From a virus, in IMG/VR virus record IMGVR_UViG_3300010357_001710: DNA of 55,857 nucleotides; one strand, 5' to 3'. Positions 26,774 to 34,929 of the stretch are shown here, piece by piece (positions within the stretch are counted from its first letter, which is position 1; each line of letters starts with the position of its first letter). The notes beneath the pieces are model-generated. The model was not told the DNA's origin. It ran no database searches and worked only from the letters and a program-made list of their open reading frames with translations. The position numbers were made by a program, and so were the translations under genes.

Positions 26774-27127
26774 TCATTCCTTTGTTACTATATTTTCTTT
26801 AGGCGTCTCTTCTGTAATTTTATTTCCAAACTTATCATAGTTAGAATAAAATTCTTTTATTTTTCTTTGACGTTGTTCTTCTGATAATTTCTTAACTTTA
26901 GAAAATGGCATAAAAGAATACAAAGGACAATCTTCTGATTGACAATCTTCTTTTCCGTCTACAAAGTCATTCATACATTCAGCACATTTTGCTAAAATAG
27001 CATCTTCAGCTTTTAATGGAAATCCTAGCAAATGAAATTTCAAACGAGTAGAATAAATATTTTGTGCCCTTTCTTCTCTGTATTGAATCTTCTCTTCTTT
27101 CAAAAGTTCTTCTTTTCTTTTTCTCAT
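26774..27127 (-). CDS. Hypothetical Cys-cluster protein (possible zinc binding)
   Basis: 'CAECMNDFVDGKEDCQSEDCPLY'. 117 aa. Confidence 0.4.
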   Translation of the reverse strand: MRKRKEELLKEEKIQYREERAQNIYSTRLKFHLLGFPLKAEDAILAKCAECMNDFVDGKEDCQSEDCPLYSFMPFSKVKKLSEEQRQRKIKEFYSNYDKFGNKITEETPKENIVTKE

Positions 27128-27159
27128 ATTTATTCACCTTTCTTTATTTATCTATTATT

Positions 27160-28578
27160 TCAATTGCATAAAGAATTTGTCTTATATTTGTGGTTTTCTA
27201 TTGAATGAATTTTCTTTTTAAAAGAACCGCGCATTATTTCTGCTTTTTTTACTTCTGACACGAAAGTTTTTAATTCTTCTTTTGAAAGGTCTAAAGCAAC
27301 TTCATCAAAATGAACCCATTCATGGTCTTTATATTTCACATGCTTTTCAATCATTATTGCTCCAGCTGCTATAGCCATCATAGAACCAATACTTCCTAAG
27401 TCATGTCCAGAATAACCCGGTACAATATTTTTCATTCTACTTTTTAATGCAAATAAGATATTTATAACTCCAGTATTTATTTCTTCTAAAGGCGTTGGAT
27501 AACTAGAAAGAGTATGCAAAATAAATAAAAATCTTTTTTCTGAATAGAACTTATCAACAATTTCACTTATGTATTCTTCTCCTGTTGCACCAGTACTAAT
27601 AATTATGTCTTTGTGATAATTTTTGCTAACATACTCAATAAAATTTTTATGATTTGAAACTGTAGAAGGAATTTTAACTAGCTCAAGATTAAAAGTAGAG
27701 TTCATTAAATTAAAAGAAAATTTGTCTAAGATTGTACTAAACCACAAAATATTTTCTTTTTTGCAGAATGAGTCAAATTTCTTTAAATCATCTACTGTCA
27801 ATTCAACCCCACGTCTATAATCTCCATAAGTTTTTCCAAACTTAGATTCATATGGGCGTTGCAATTCTTCTTTAGTATAAAATAAATTCACATCTCTTTT
27901 TTGAATTTTAACTAAATCAGCTCCCTGTTCTGTAGCTAATTTTGCTATTTTACATAGTAAATCAATGTCTCCTAAGTGGTTATTTGTAATCTCTGCTACT
28001 ATTATTACTTCATTATTATTTACTTTCTCATCAATTAATGATTTTATACTTTTTTCTTTTTTAGTATAAAATTCAATATTTTGTTCTTTTATGAATTTAT
28101 TAAATTCTTCTTTTTGTTTTTCAAAATAGACTTTATTGAAGTCTTCAGTATTTATGCTTAATTTATTTGTTGAAGAATCAAAATTATATCCATCAATGTA
28201 TAGTCTCTCGCATCCTAATCCTTTTGCTATCTTTATAGAAAAAATAGCTGGATTTAAAATTAATGATGAGTCTATTAAATCTTCTTCTTCTAAAATTATT
28301 ATATTAGAAGAACTAATTTTATGTAATTTTTTAAAATCTTCTATTAAATCATATGGTATTAAATTTATGATGTTGAAATCTATATCTTTAATACTATATT
28401 TAGACTTAACAATATTAATTATAGTATTTGTTCTAAGGTTTCTATTTAAAGAGTTGTTCACTGTTATACAAAAAGAATTCTGAGCTAGTTCATGTTGTAA
28501 TTCTCCATTTCCAATTATATGGCACTCAGTTGGAAATTGACAATGAATATCTTTTATCTTCTTGCAAATATTTTCCAT
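27160..28578 (-). CDS. Fusion protein: N-terminal GT42/DUF115-like (CMP-sugar transferase-like) domain plus a NeuB-type nonulosonic acid synthase TIM barrel
   Basis: C-terminal ~280 aa: 'VAEITNNHLGDIDLLCKIAKLATEQGADLVKIQKR', 'LWFSTILD', 'VKIPS', 'IIISTGAT', 'LHTLSSYPTP', 'GYSGHDLG..AAGAIMIEKHV'. N-terminus: 'CHIIGNGELQ', 'CITVNN', 'KGLGCERLYIDGYNF', recalling CstII. No SAF domain at the C-terminus. Confidence 0.8.
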   Translation of the reverse strand: MENICKKIKDIHCQFPTECHIIGNGELQHELAQNSFCITVNNSLNRNLRTNTIINIVKSKYSIKDIDFNIINLIPYDLIEDFKKLHKISSSNIIILEEEDLIDSSLILNPAIFSIKIAKGLGCERLYIDGYNFDSSTNKLSINTEDFNKVYFEKQKEEFNKFIKEQNIEFYTKKEKSIKSLIDEKVNNNEVIIVAEITNNHLGDIDLLCKIAKLATEQGADLVKIQKRDVNLFYTKEELQRPYESKFGKTYGDYRRGVELTVDDLKKFDSFCKKENILWFSTILDKFSFNLMNSTFNLELVKIPSTVSNHKNFIEYVSKNYHKDIIISTGATGEEYISEIVDKFYSEKRFLFILHTLSSYPTPLEEINTGVINILFALKSRMKNIVPGYSGHDLGSIGSMMAIAAGAIMIEKHVKYKDHEWVHFDEVALDLSKEELKTFVSEVKKAEIMRGSFKKKIHSIENHKYKTNSLCN

Positions 28579-29200
28579 AGTATTTTTCTCCGTCTATTAA
28601 AACTTTACAATTAAATTGAATTGCTAAATTTATTCCAGCTAAAATATCCCAAGAACATGCTCTAGGATTATAATAATTTTTGAAACTTTTTGTTATAACA
28701 GAAAAAATATTATAAGTTGCACATCCAGTTATTCTATATTCTTCATAATTTTTAGACTCAGTAATAATTTCTTGTAAAGTCATAGAAGAAGATAAAGCAA
28801 CTATTCTACTTTTTTGTTTTGTAGAAATTGTTTTTTCGTCTAATGATGAAAGTTTTAAATTTAATTTTGGAAAATACAATAAAGAATATTCGTGGCTTTC
28901 ATTAAAATAAATTGCTAAACTGAACCCGAAAATAGGTATATTGTTTGCAAAATTTTCTGTACCGTCAATAGGGTCAATTACAATAGTATAAAGGGCTCTA
29001 TTGTTTTTTGTTATTTCTTCTTCTGATATAAATGAAAAATCATCAAAAAAGTGTTTACAAAGTACTTTAATTTTTTTACTTATAAGTTTGTCTATGTCTG
29101 TTACTATTGATTTGTCTTCTTTAATAAAAAAATTTGAAGGTTTTCTTAAATTTTCATCAATAGTTAAAATAACGCTTTGTTCAAAACTATCATAGCGCAT
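28526..29200 (-). CDS. Inositol-monophosphatase-fold sugar-phosphate/nucleotide phosphatase
   Basis: 'IVTDIDK', 'ISEEE', 'VIDPIDGTENF', 'SWDILAG'. ATG 29200 has a GAGAGGTGGA RBS and overlaps the upstream stop (ATGcgctaTGA). Confidence 0.75.
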   Translation of the reverse strand: MRYDSFEQSVILTIDENLRKPSNFFIKEDKSIVTDIDKLISKKIKVLCKHFFDDFSFISEEEITKNNRALYTIVIDPIDGTENFANNIPIFGFSLAIYFNESHEYSLLYFPKLNLKLSSLDEKTISTKQKSRIVALSSSMTLQEIITESKNYEEYRITGCATYNIFSVITKSFKNYYNPRACSWDILAGINLAIQFNCKVLIDGEKYYGKYLQEDKRYSLSISN

Positions 29201-29924
29201 TTGAAAATCCACCTCTCATTTTTTCAACATACATACTTCTTGCTAAAAGAAAATCTTCAATAGTGTCTACATCAATAGAGTCTATAACTCTATTTTCTAA
29301 AAAGTATGGATTTTCACCGATGAAATATCTTCTTTCTAAAAGTTTTTCAAATTTTCCACCATATAGTGCGTTGTTAACTTCAAACACTGGAGAAATGTTT
29401 TGTGTATATTGATGATTCTCATTTGCACAATAATTTACTGTTTTGCCATGGTACCAGAAAAAACCTCTTTTCATAACTCCTGAAATTATAGAATCATAAG
29501 AACCACAAATAACTTCAGAATAATATTTATAAATTGCATCTCTGTATAAAGATTCATCAAACATAGGAGAAGTTGGATAAGTTATTAGTAAGTGTGAAAC
29601 TTTTCTTTTCTTTTTTATTTCTGTAAAAAGATTGTGTAAAAGATCACTAAATTTGATAGAATCATCTGTAAATAGAGTAGTATCTCTAATAATTTGCGTG
29701 CAATTATTTTCATTTAAAGAAAAATCAAAGCTTGTAAGAATATTACTTTTTGGAATACCAGAGTTTATAATTTGATTCATCTTTATTTCTATAAGAGATT
29801 TTTCTCCATAAAATTGTCTTGTGTTTTTTTCTCTTACTCGTGAAGAATTAGACCTCGCTAAAACTAAAATGTAAATTTTTTCTTTTTTACAAATTTTTTG
29901 TACATATTGATAATTAAATATCAT
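29190..29924 (-). CDS. Acylneuraminate/KDO-type cytidylyltransferase (CMP-sugar synthetase, NeuA/KdsB family)
   Basis: N-terminus 'YILVLARSNSSRVREKN' (the ..ARxxS.R...KN signature). ~244 aa, the typical size. Confidence 0.6.
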   Translation of the reverse strand: MIFNYQYVQKICKKEKIYILVLARSNSSRVREKNTRQFYGEKSLIEIKMNQIINSGIPKSNILTSFDFSLNENNCTQIIRDTTLFTDDSIKFSDLLHNLFTEIKKKRKVSHLLITYPTSPMFDESLYRDAIYKYYSEVICGSYDSIISGVMKRGFFWYHGKTVNYCANENHQYTQNISPVFEVNNALYGGKFEKLLERRYFIGENPYFLENRVIDSIDVDTIEDFLLARSMYVEKMRGGFSNAL

Positions 29925-29925
29925 T

Positions 29926-31176
29926 TTAATCTTCCTTTCTAAAAAGAACTGATTCTTTATAAAAAGTATTTTTGTTAGTTTCTTTGTTATTTGTCTTAGT
30001 TACTTTAGAAAGATATTTTAAAAAAATGTTATTTACAAATTCTCCAGTAAAATACTCTTTTTTAAATTGAGAAGAATGAAATTCTAAAATTTGATTGTAA
30101 AATTGTGGATTAGATTCTAAGAAGTTTATTTTCTCAACTAATTCTTTTCTAGAAGATATTCTTAAGTATTCATGAACTGGTTGATTTTTTTGAGAGTCCA
30201 TAGACTTATGATAGAACGGAATTATACCAAAATTAATCATCTTCCAAAATTTTGAAGAAGGAAAACCATCTTCAAAATGAAACATTAAAGTATATTTTGT
30301 TCTATATAATCTATCAGTAGCATCAACCATTGGAAGATTGAAAAAATATTTTTTGTATTGTTCTTCTATTAGTTCTTCACTCCATTTGCCAAGACAATAA
30401 AATGGAATTTTATGCATATATTCTTTTATGATTTTAAATTTCTTTTCTCCAGCAGACCCATTCCCATTTGTGTAGATATCTAAAAAATTTGTTTTCTTAT
30501 ATTTTTTGTAATCATATACTTTTTCTATATCTTCAGAAACTAAAAACCATCTATCATATTCTTCATTAATTATTTGTTCTTTTATAGAAACTAAATCTTT
30601 AGATAAGTATTCTTTTGCAAATTTAGTTTTAACTTCTATATTTTGAGTTGATAAATAAGCTAATGGTCTATGAAATAAATCTCTTGCTGGTATTGGAAAA
30701 TATCTTGGATCTTCACCCATTACAACATACGGTATTTTACTTTCATTTAAAAAGTGAACCATCGGTCCACAATAAAGTTTTGACATGTTTATTACTTTTG
30801 CGATTTCTCCTGATTTTAATTGGTAGCTTTTTTCTGGAATATTTACTTGAGAAACTGGACCTAAGTGAAGATAACCAAAATCTATTGAAACTTTTTTCTC
30901 ATTAAAATAATCTATGATGTAGTTTATTCTGTCATGTTTTTTTGCATCGAAGTCTTTCCAAACGTCAATTACATTATTGTTTGGAAAATATTTTTCTTTA
31001 ATCTCTTTTGAAAGAGAACTAAAGTCATTTGTTCCTATAATGAAGAATTTTTTACTCGGGTTTAGTGCTGCAAGAGTAATTATAAGAGAAGATACTTCAG
31101 AATCTCCAGAATCTATAGTCCATTTATTTCTATTAAAATAGAACTTTTTTCCCAATTTTCCTACAGCTATATTCAT
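29926..31176 (-). CDS. Glycosyltransferase-like protein, possibly T4 beta-glucosyltransferase-like (GT-B)
   Basis: 416 aa. By-eye colinear resemblance to T4 BGT as I recall it ('MNIAVGKLG' vs 'MKIAIINMG', 'MGEDPRYFPIP' vs 'TDIRLPF', 'IYTNGNGSAGEKKF' vs 'IYGGSFRSGQRE', C-terminal 'SSRKELVEKINFLESN' vs 'NNRAELIDRVNELKHS'). Needs a profile search. Confidence 0.4.
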   Translation of the reverse strand: MNIAVGKLGKKFYFNRNKWTIDSGDSEVSSLIITLAALNPSKKFFIIGTNDFSSLSKEIKEKYFPNNNVIDVWKDFDAKKHDRINYIIDYFNEKKVSIDFGYLHLGPVSQVNIPEKSYQLKSGEIAKVINMSKLYCGPMVHFLNESKIPYVVMGEDPRYFPIPARDLFHRPLAYLSTQNIEVKTKFAKEYLSKDLVSIKEQIINEEYDRWFLVSEDIEKVYDYKKYKKTNFLDIYTNGNGSAGEKKFKIIKEYMHKIPFYCLGKWSEELIEEQYKKYFFNLPMVDATDRLYRTKYTLMFHFEDGFPSSKFWKMINFGIIPFYHKSMDSQKNQPVHEYLRISSRKELVEKINFLESNPQFYNQILEFHSSQFKKEYFTGEFVNNIFLKYLSKVTKTNNKETNKNTFYKESVLFRKED

Positions 31177-31201
31177 AAAACCTCCGCTTTCTTATAAGTA
31201 T

Positions 31202-31231
31202 ATTATTGCGAGTGTATGTAAAAAATGGCTA
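31202..31231 (-). promoter_or_regulatory. Class-II promoter candidate (TAGCCA-N18-AATAAT) for the sugar-modification operon
   Basis: Minus strand: TAGCCAttttttacatacactcGCAATAATAT, 24 nt upstream of ATG 31176. Confidence 0.4.
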
Positions 31232-31240
31232 AAAAAATTT

Positions 31241-31359
31241 AACTTATAGGTATTTAATAACATAGAGCGTCTGTATACCAATTTGTATACCAATTTCTGA
31301 GCTCAAAAATGATATAACTTATAGCTATTTAACAACATAGATCATTCTGTATACCAATT
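31241..31359. repeat. Iteron region: ~44-bp direct repeat (31241-31283 and 31316-31359), each ending in TGTATACCAATT, plus an extra tandem copy at 31284-31296
   Basis: 'aacttataggtatttaataacatagagcgtctgtataccaatt' vs 'aacttatagctatttaacaacatagatcattctgtataccaatt'. TGTATACCAATTT occurs at 31272-31284, 31284-31296 and 31348-31359. Confidence 0.85.
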
Positions 31360-31485
31360 GATACCTATTTTGCACCGGAGAGCCTATATATTTCTTTTTT
31401 ATTTTATATATTTCTTTTTCTTACTGATTAAATAGAAAAAACATATCAATTGGTAACATTGAAGCAGGAGAATAACTTAGACTAG

Positions 31486-31498
31486 AAATTGGTATACA
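31486..31498. repeat. Inverted copy of the TGTATACCAATT iteron
   Basis: 'aaattggtataca'. A degenerate inverted copy, 'atcaattggtaac', lies at ~31445-31457. Confidence 0.75.
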
Positions 31499-31547
31499 AA
31501 AGGATATACAAAATTCCCAATCTGGTTAAGTTTACACATATTTCCGG

Positions 31548-31770
31548 GTACTTTTTAAAAATGGTCTTGATAAAAAGTAGAAATAAAGTACAAAAAAGTA
31601 AATTATAGTACACTTTTTTAAGCTTACTTTTTAAAAAGTACAATTGTCTTAAAAAAGTAAGATTTATATTATTGTTACTTCTTCGTACTTTAATAAAGTA
31701 CAACAAAGTACAAATAAGTAAAAAATACTTTTTTGTACTTCAATTGTACTATTTGTTACTTTTTGTACTT
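31548..31770. repeat. Dense array of AAAGTAC / GTACTTT heptamers (10 exact GTAC cores plus ~10 degenerate AAAGTAA/TTACTTT copies, both orientations)
   Basis: GTAC at 31548, 31588, 31608, 31638, 31685, 31698, 31708, 31735, 31746 and 31765, each flanked by A3 or T3 runs. No credible ORF. Confidence 0.85.
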
Positions 31771-31774
31771 TTAC

Positions 31775-32317
31775 TCACCTATGAAAAGTATTCTCTACTA
31801 TAATGTGTTCAAAATATCTATCATTAATGTTCAAAAAATCATTAAAAATAGTATTCAAAGATTTATTCATACGCAAATAATTCATTTTGTACTCCGCGTA
31901 GTCAATTTTTCTTTCATCTAACTCCATAAACTTATACTGTTGAAAATTGTTGACTTTAATTTCTACAATAATATCTGGAAAAAAATCAATTTCTCTTTTT
32001 GCACACTTGCGAAGAAGTCTATAACCAAGACAACCTTCAATAATTAATTTCTTTCTAGTAGATTGTGGAACCATATTATGTCTTTCAATACTTAACATAA
32101 GAGCAGACAAACCTTCTTGTCGTAAGTAGTCATCGCAATAAATTAATTTATGCGTCCCATCTAATTTTTGTATAGTAATTTCTGCTATTGCAGTTTTTCC
32201 TGAAGCAGCATTTCCAACAATGACTGCATTTTTATTTTGAAAATACATTGCCAATTTTGTGGAAATTTCTTTTAAGTTATCACTTTCAATAATTATAGAA
32301 TCTTCTCTTATAAACAT
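31775..32317 (-). CDS. P-loop NTPase (kinase-like), unknown specificity
   Basis: 'AVIVGNAASGKTAIAE' Walker A. 180 aa. Confidence 0.45.
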   Translation of the reverse strand: MFIREDSIIIESDNLKEISTKLAMYFQNKNAVIVGNAASGKTAIAEITIQKLDGTHKLIYCDDYLRQEGLSALMLSIERHNMVPQSTRKKLIIEGCLGYRLLRKCAKREIDFFPDIIVEIKVNNFQQYKFMELDERKIDYAEYKMNYLRMNKSLNTIFNDFLNINDRYFEHIIVENTFHR

Positions 32318-32426
32318 ATAGCAAAACTCCTTTTTATTGTTGCCCGCTTGTAGAGTACCATTCTTTTACATTGAAAAATCAAGTAAGAATATTAAAAATT
32401 TTATAACAATTTTGTGGTATAAAGTT

Positions 32427-32663
32427 TTATTCATTTTTATTCTCCTTTCTTTGTGATTCAAAAAATTTTTTACCTACTTCATATATTTTATCAAGTTCTT
32501 CTTCTGTGAATGGTGGTAACCATAAAGTAGCTCCAACTACAGAGAATGAAATACAAAGCTCTACCATTCTTGTTGTAAACGGGTTTGTTGGAGGTTGTGC
32601 TCTACAGTAAAAACCAGCTTTTCTTTTATTTATTTTCTTAGTTATGTAGTCTTCCGAATTCAT
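32427..32663 (-). CDS. Hypothetical protein
   Basis: ATG 32663 has a GGAGAAAATT RBS. The track start at 32690 overlaps the upstream gene. Confidence 0.4.
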   Translation of the reverse strand: MNSEDYITKKINKRKAGFYCRAQPPTNPFTTRMVELCISFSVVGATLWLPPFTEEELDKIYEVGKKFFESQRKENKNE

Positions 32664-32676
32664 AATTTTCTCCACT

Positions 32677-33030
32677 TTATTTAAGTACATTAGACCAAGA
32701 AGACTCTTTACCTGAAATATACTGCACTTTAATTCTTGCTGTAAAACTTTTACTAATTTCTTTTGGTATTATTATTTCATAAGTATTTTCAATAGAATAA
32801 ATAAATATTTCTTCATACTCTAAAGTAGTTGAATTTCTTTTCCATTGAATTGTATACTTTTCTGCTGTAGGAATAAAGTTCCAAACTAATTTAACTTTAG
32901 ATGTTGAGTCATCAATTTTTTCTATTGATTCAATTCTAAAATCATACGGCCCTGGAAAATCTTTTTCTGGTTCTGTTATTGAACAACTAAATAACCAAAA
33001 TGCTGCTAAAATTACAATGAATACTTTCAT
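32677..33030 (-). CDS. Lipoprotein (signal peptide plus lipobox), possible surface or exclusion protein
   Basis: 'MKVFIVILAAFWLFSC' has a lipobox L-F-S-C. The mature part has an Ig/FN3-like alternating pattern. Confidence 0.55.
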   Translation of the reverse strand: MKVFIVILAAFWLFSCSITEPEKDFPGPYDFRIESIEKIDDSTSKVKLVWNFIPTAEKYTIQWKRNSTTLEYEEIFIYSIENTYEIIIPKEISKSFTARIKVQYISGKESSWSNVLK

Positions 33031-33055
33031 AAGTACCTCCTCTATGTTTATATTT

Positions 33056-33085
33056 ATTATTGTTGAAAAACTTTAATATTGTCAA
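33056..33085 (-). promoter_or_regulatory. Class-II promoter candidate (TTGACA-N18-AATAAT)
   Basis: Minus strand: TTGACAatattaaagtttttcaaCAATAATAAAT upstream of ATG 33030. Confidence 0.5.
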
Positions 33086-33110
33086 ATAAAAAGAGGGCAA
33101 TTAAGCCCTC
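33084..33110 (-). terminator. Rho-independent terminator
   Basis: Minus strand: GAGGGC-ttaatt-GCCCTC followed by TTTTTATTT, just after the stop at 33118. Confidence 0.6.
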
Positions 33111-33117
33111 ATAGATT

Positions 33118-33309
33118 TCAGTGAGGAATTCCTTCATTGACTTTGTCATTCTCTTCCTGAGAATAAGCAAATCCATTTTGCAAAGCATGATTGACTGCTT
33201 TCATAAGCAAATCAAAAACTTCTTTCGTCAACACAACAGTATTTTCATCCATTTTTTCCACCTCCTCTATTAATTTATCTAATTTATTTATTTCTTCATA
33301 ATAGCTCAT
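33118..33309 (-). CDS. Hypothetical small protein
   Basis: 63-aa ORF followed by a terminator. Confidence 0.4.
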   Translation of the reverse strand: MSYYEEINKLDKLIEEVEKMDENTVVLTKEVFDLLMKAVNHALQNGFAYSQEENDKVNEGIPH

Positions 33310-33311
33310 AA

Positions 33312-33575
33312 CTAGTCAACTATTTCAATGTCTTTAAATTCATAACTAAAATAAGTCTTGTACCCATTATTAATAAAAATAGCTTTAAGTTCTTGTCTAA
33401 TTCTAACTTTTTGAAAAAATACTTTTTTGTCTTTTAGATACGTATAAATAAAAAATTTTTTTACTATTCTTGTTATTGGAAAGCAATATTTATTGAAAGC
33501 ATATTTTGTATAAATATTTCTTAATCTATAAAATGGATGAATAGTTTGTTTTCTTTTTCTTACTTTTATTATCAT
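33312..33575 (-). CDS. Hypothetical basic protein
   Basis: ATG 33575 has a GGAG RBS, one nt after the upstream stop (33577). The track start at 33626 overlaps the upstream gene. Confidence 0.4.
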   Translation of the reverse strand: MIIKVRKRKQTIHPFYRLRNIYTKYAFNKYCFPITRIVKKFFIYTYLKDKKVFFQKVRIRQELKAIFINNGYKTYFSYEFKDIEIVD

Positions 33576-33576
33576 G

Positions 33577-33870
33577 TCAATCTCCATATTTTTTATTAAT
33601 GTCAATTCTTTTTTCTGAGTAGTCATATAGATTAGATACTTTTATTTGTGATTCTTCATAATTCTTTAGTAAAAGTTTGCAAATTGTTAACGCTACTTCA
33701 AAAGAAAAGACTTTTGCTAATATTACAAAATGTGCATTGTATACTTTTGTAGAGTCTATTATTTCAAAGTCTTTTCCAGAACAATAAATAAAATATCTTC
33801 CTAGCTTTTCTTTATGACTATTATATATTTCATTTTTATCATATACAGCTACATTGCTCATTATTCTCAT
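33577..33870 (-). CDS. Hypothetical protein
   Basis: 97-aa ORF in an operon context. Confidence 0.4.
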   Translation of the reverse strand: MRIMSNVAVYDKNEIYNSHKEKLGRYFIYCSGKDFEIIDSTKVYNAHFVILAKVFSFEVALTICKLLLKNYEESQIKVSNLYDYSEKRIDINKKYGD

Positions 33871-34256
33871 ACTATCTCCTTATAAGTGATTTTTGGTTTT
33901 TCTTTACTTCTTTTGTATTTTTGTAGTAAAATTTCTTCTTTAATTTTTTTCATAGATTCATCTAATTTACAAGCGATGTGATAGTCACTTTTACTTACAG
34001 TTTGCCATCCGAAAAAAGAATTTTCCTGTAATTCAAGAAATCCCATCATTGAATCTATTGTCCAAACAAATCTCATTTTAGATGTTACTTTCATTTCTCT
34101 TTTTCTAAATACTATTCCTACTATCATATTAATAATAATAAAAAAAGTATAAGAAGATAAAAAGAAAAAATTTGGCTCAGATTTCAATACTTCTACTATT
34201 AGCATAATAGAACACAAAGAAATAACAAATAGAATTTGAATATACTTTGCTTTCAT
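33867..34256 (-). CDS. Membrane protein (two TM segments)
   Basis: 'ILFVISLCSIMLIVEVL' and 'FFLSSYTFFIIINMIVGIVF'. Confidence 0.45.
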   Translation of the reverse strand: MKAKYIQILFVISLCSIMLIVEVLKSEPNFFFLSSYTFFIIINMIVGIVFRKREMKVTSKMRFVWTIDSMMGFLELQENSFFGWQTVSKSDYHIACKLDESMKKIKEEILLQKYKRSKEKPKITYKEIV

Positions 34257-34269
34257 ACTTACTACCTCC

Positions 34270-34929
34270 TTATTTTTTAAGCATTGCTTTTATTTTACCT
34301 ACTAAAGACAAAACAAATTCTTTGTTATCATCACTTTCAATAAATTTATTTTGTAATAAGTATTGTGCTTCTTTTTCTAATATAGAAAGAATTTCATAAG
34401 ATGCTTTACTTAATTCACTGCCTAAAAATTCGTAGATATTTTCTCCAATACCCTCTCTATATTTAGACTCTGTCATAGTTATTTCTTCTTTAGTATTAAA
34501 TAGCAAAATAGCCAATCTTCTTTTATTATTTTTTCCATTTATAGCATATAGAACATTATTTACAGCGTATACTTCTATTCTATTATATTTTTTATTTTTA
34601 TATTCTACACCATAGTCACTTTTAAAAGAGTAAACAACATCTTGAAAAAATTGTCTTAACCATTCAACAGTTCCAGGAAAAGTTGACTCCTCTTTATATT
34701 TTTCTTCTATCTTACTTAATTTTTCATTAAGCCTTATTAATTCATTGTCTCTATCTTTTATTTTCCATAAAGCAGATTCAATATCTCTTTCTAAGTTGTA
34801 TATTTTTTTCTTAAATTTCTGAGAATCTATATCTTCTCTATAATAATATATTGCATCTTTTGCTTCTCTGCTAAATGTCATAGAATTATTAGATACAAAT
34901 TCTAAAAAAGTATTTTCTTTATATTCCAC
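34270..34929 (-). CDS. Hypothetical protein
   Basis: 219-aa ORF with a coiled-coil segment. No motif recognised. Confidence 0.45.
   Translation of the reverse strand: MEYKENTFLEFVSNNSMTFSREAKDAIYYYREDIDSQKFKKKIYNLERDIESALWKIKDRDNELIRLNEKLSKIEEKYKEESTFPGTVEWLRQFFQDVVYSFKSDYGVEYKNKKYNRIEVYAVNNVLYAINGKNNKRRLAILLFNTKEEITMTESKYREGIGENIYEFLGSELSKASYEILSILEKEAQYLLQNKFIESDDNKEFVLSLVGKIKAMLKK

Noticed and set aside
31482-31921. ORFs 31482-31706 (-) and 31733-31921 (+) in the repeat region
   Set aside because: They are made of the AAAGTAC/GTACTTT heptamer array (translating to repetitive L/F/K/Y strings) and have no RBS. The second overlaps the real 31775-32317 gene in antisense.
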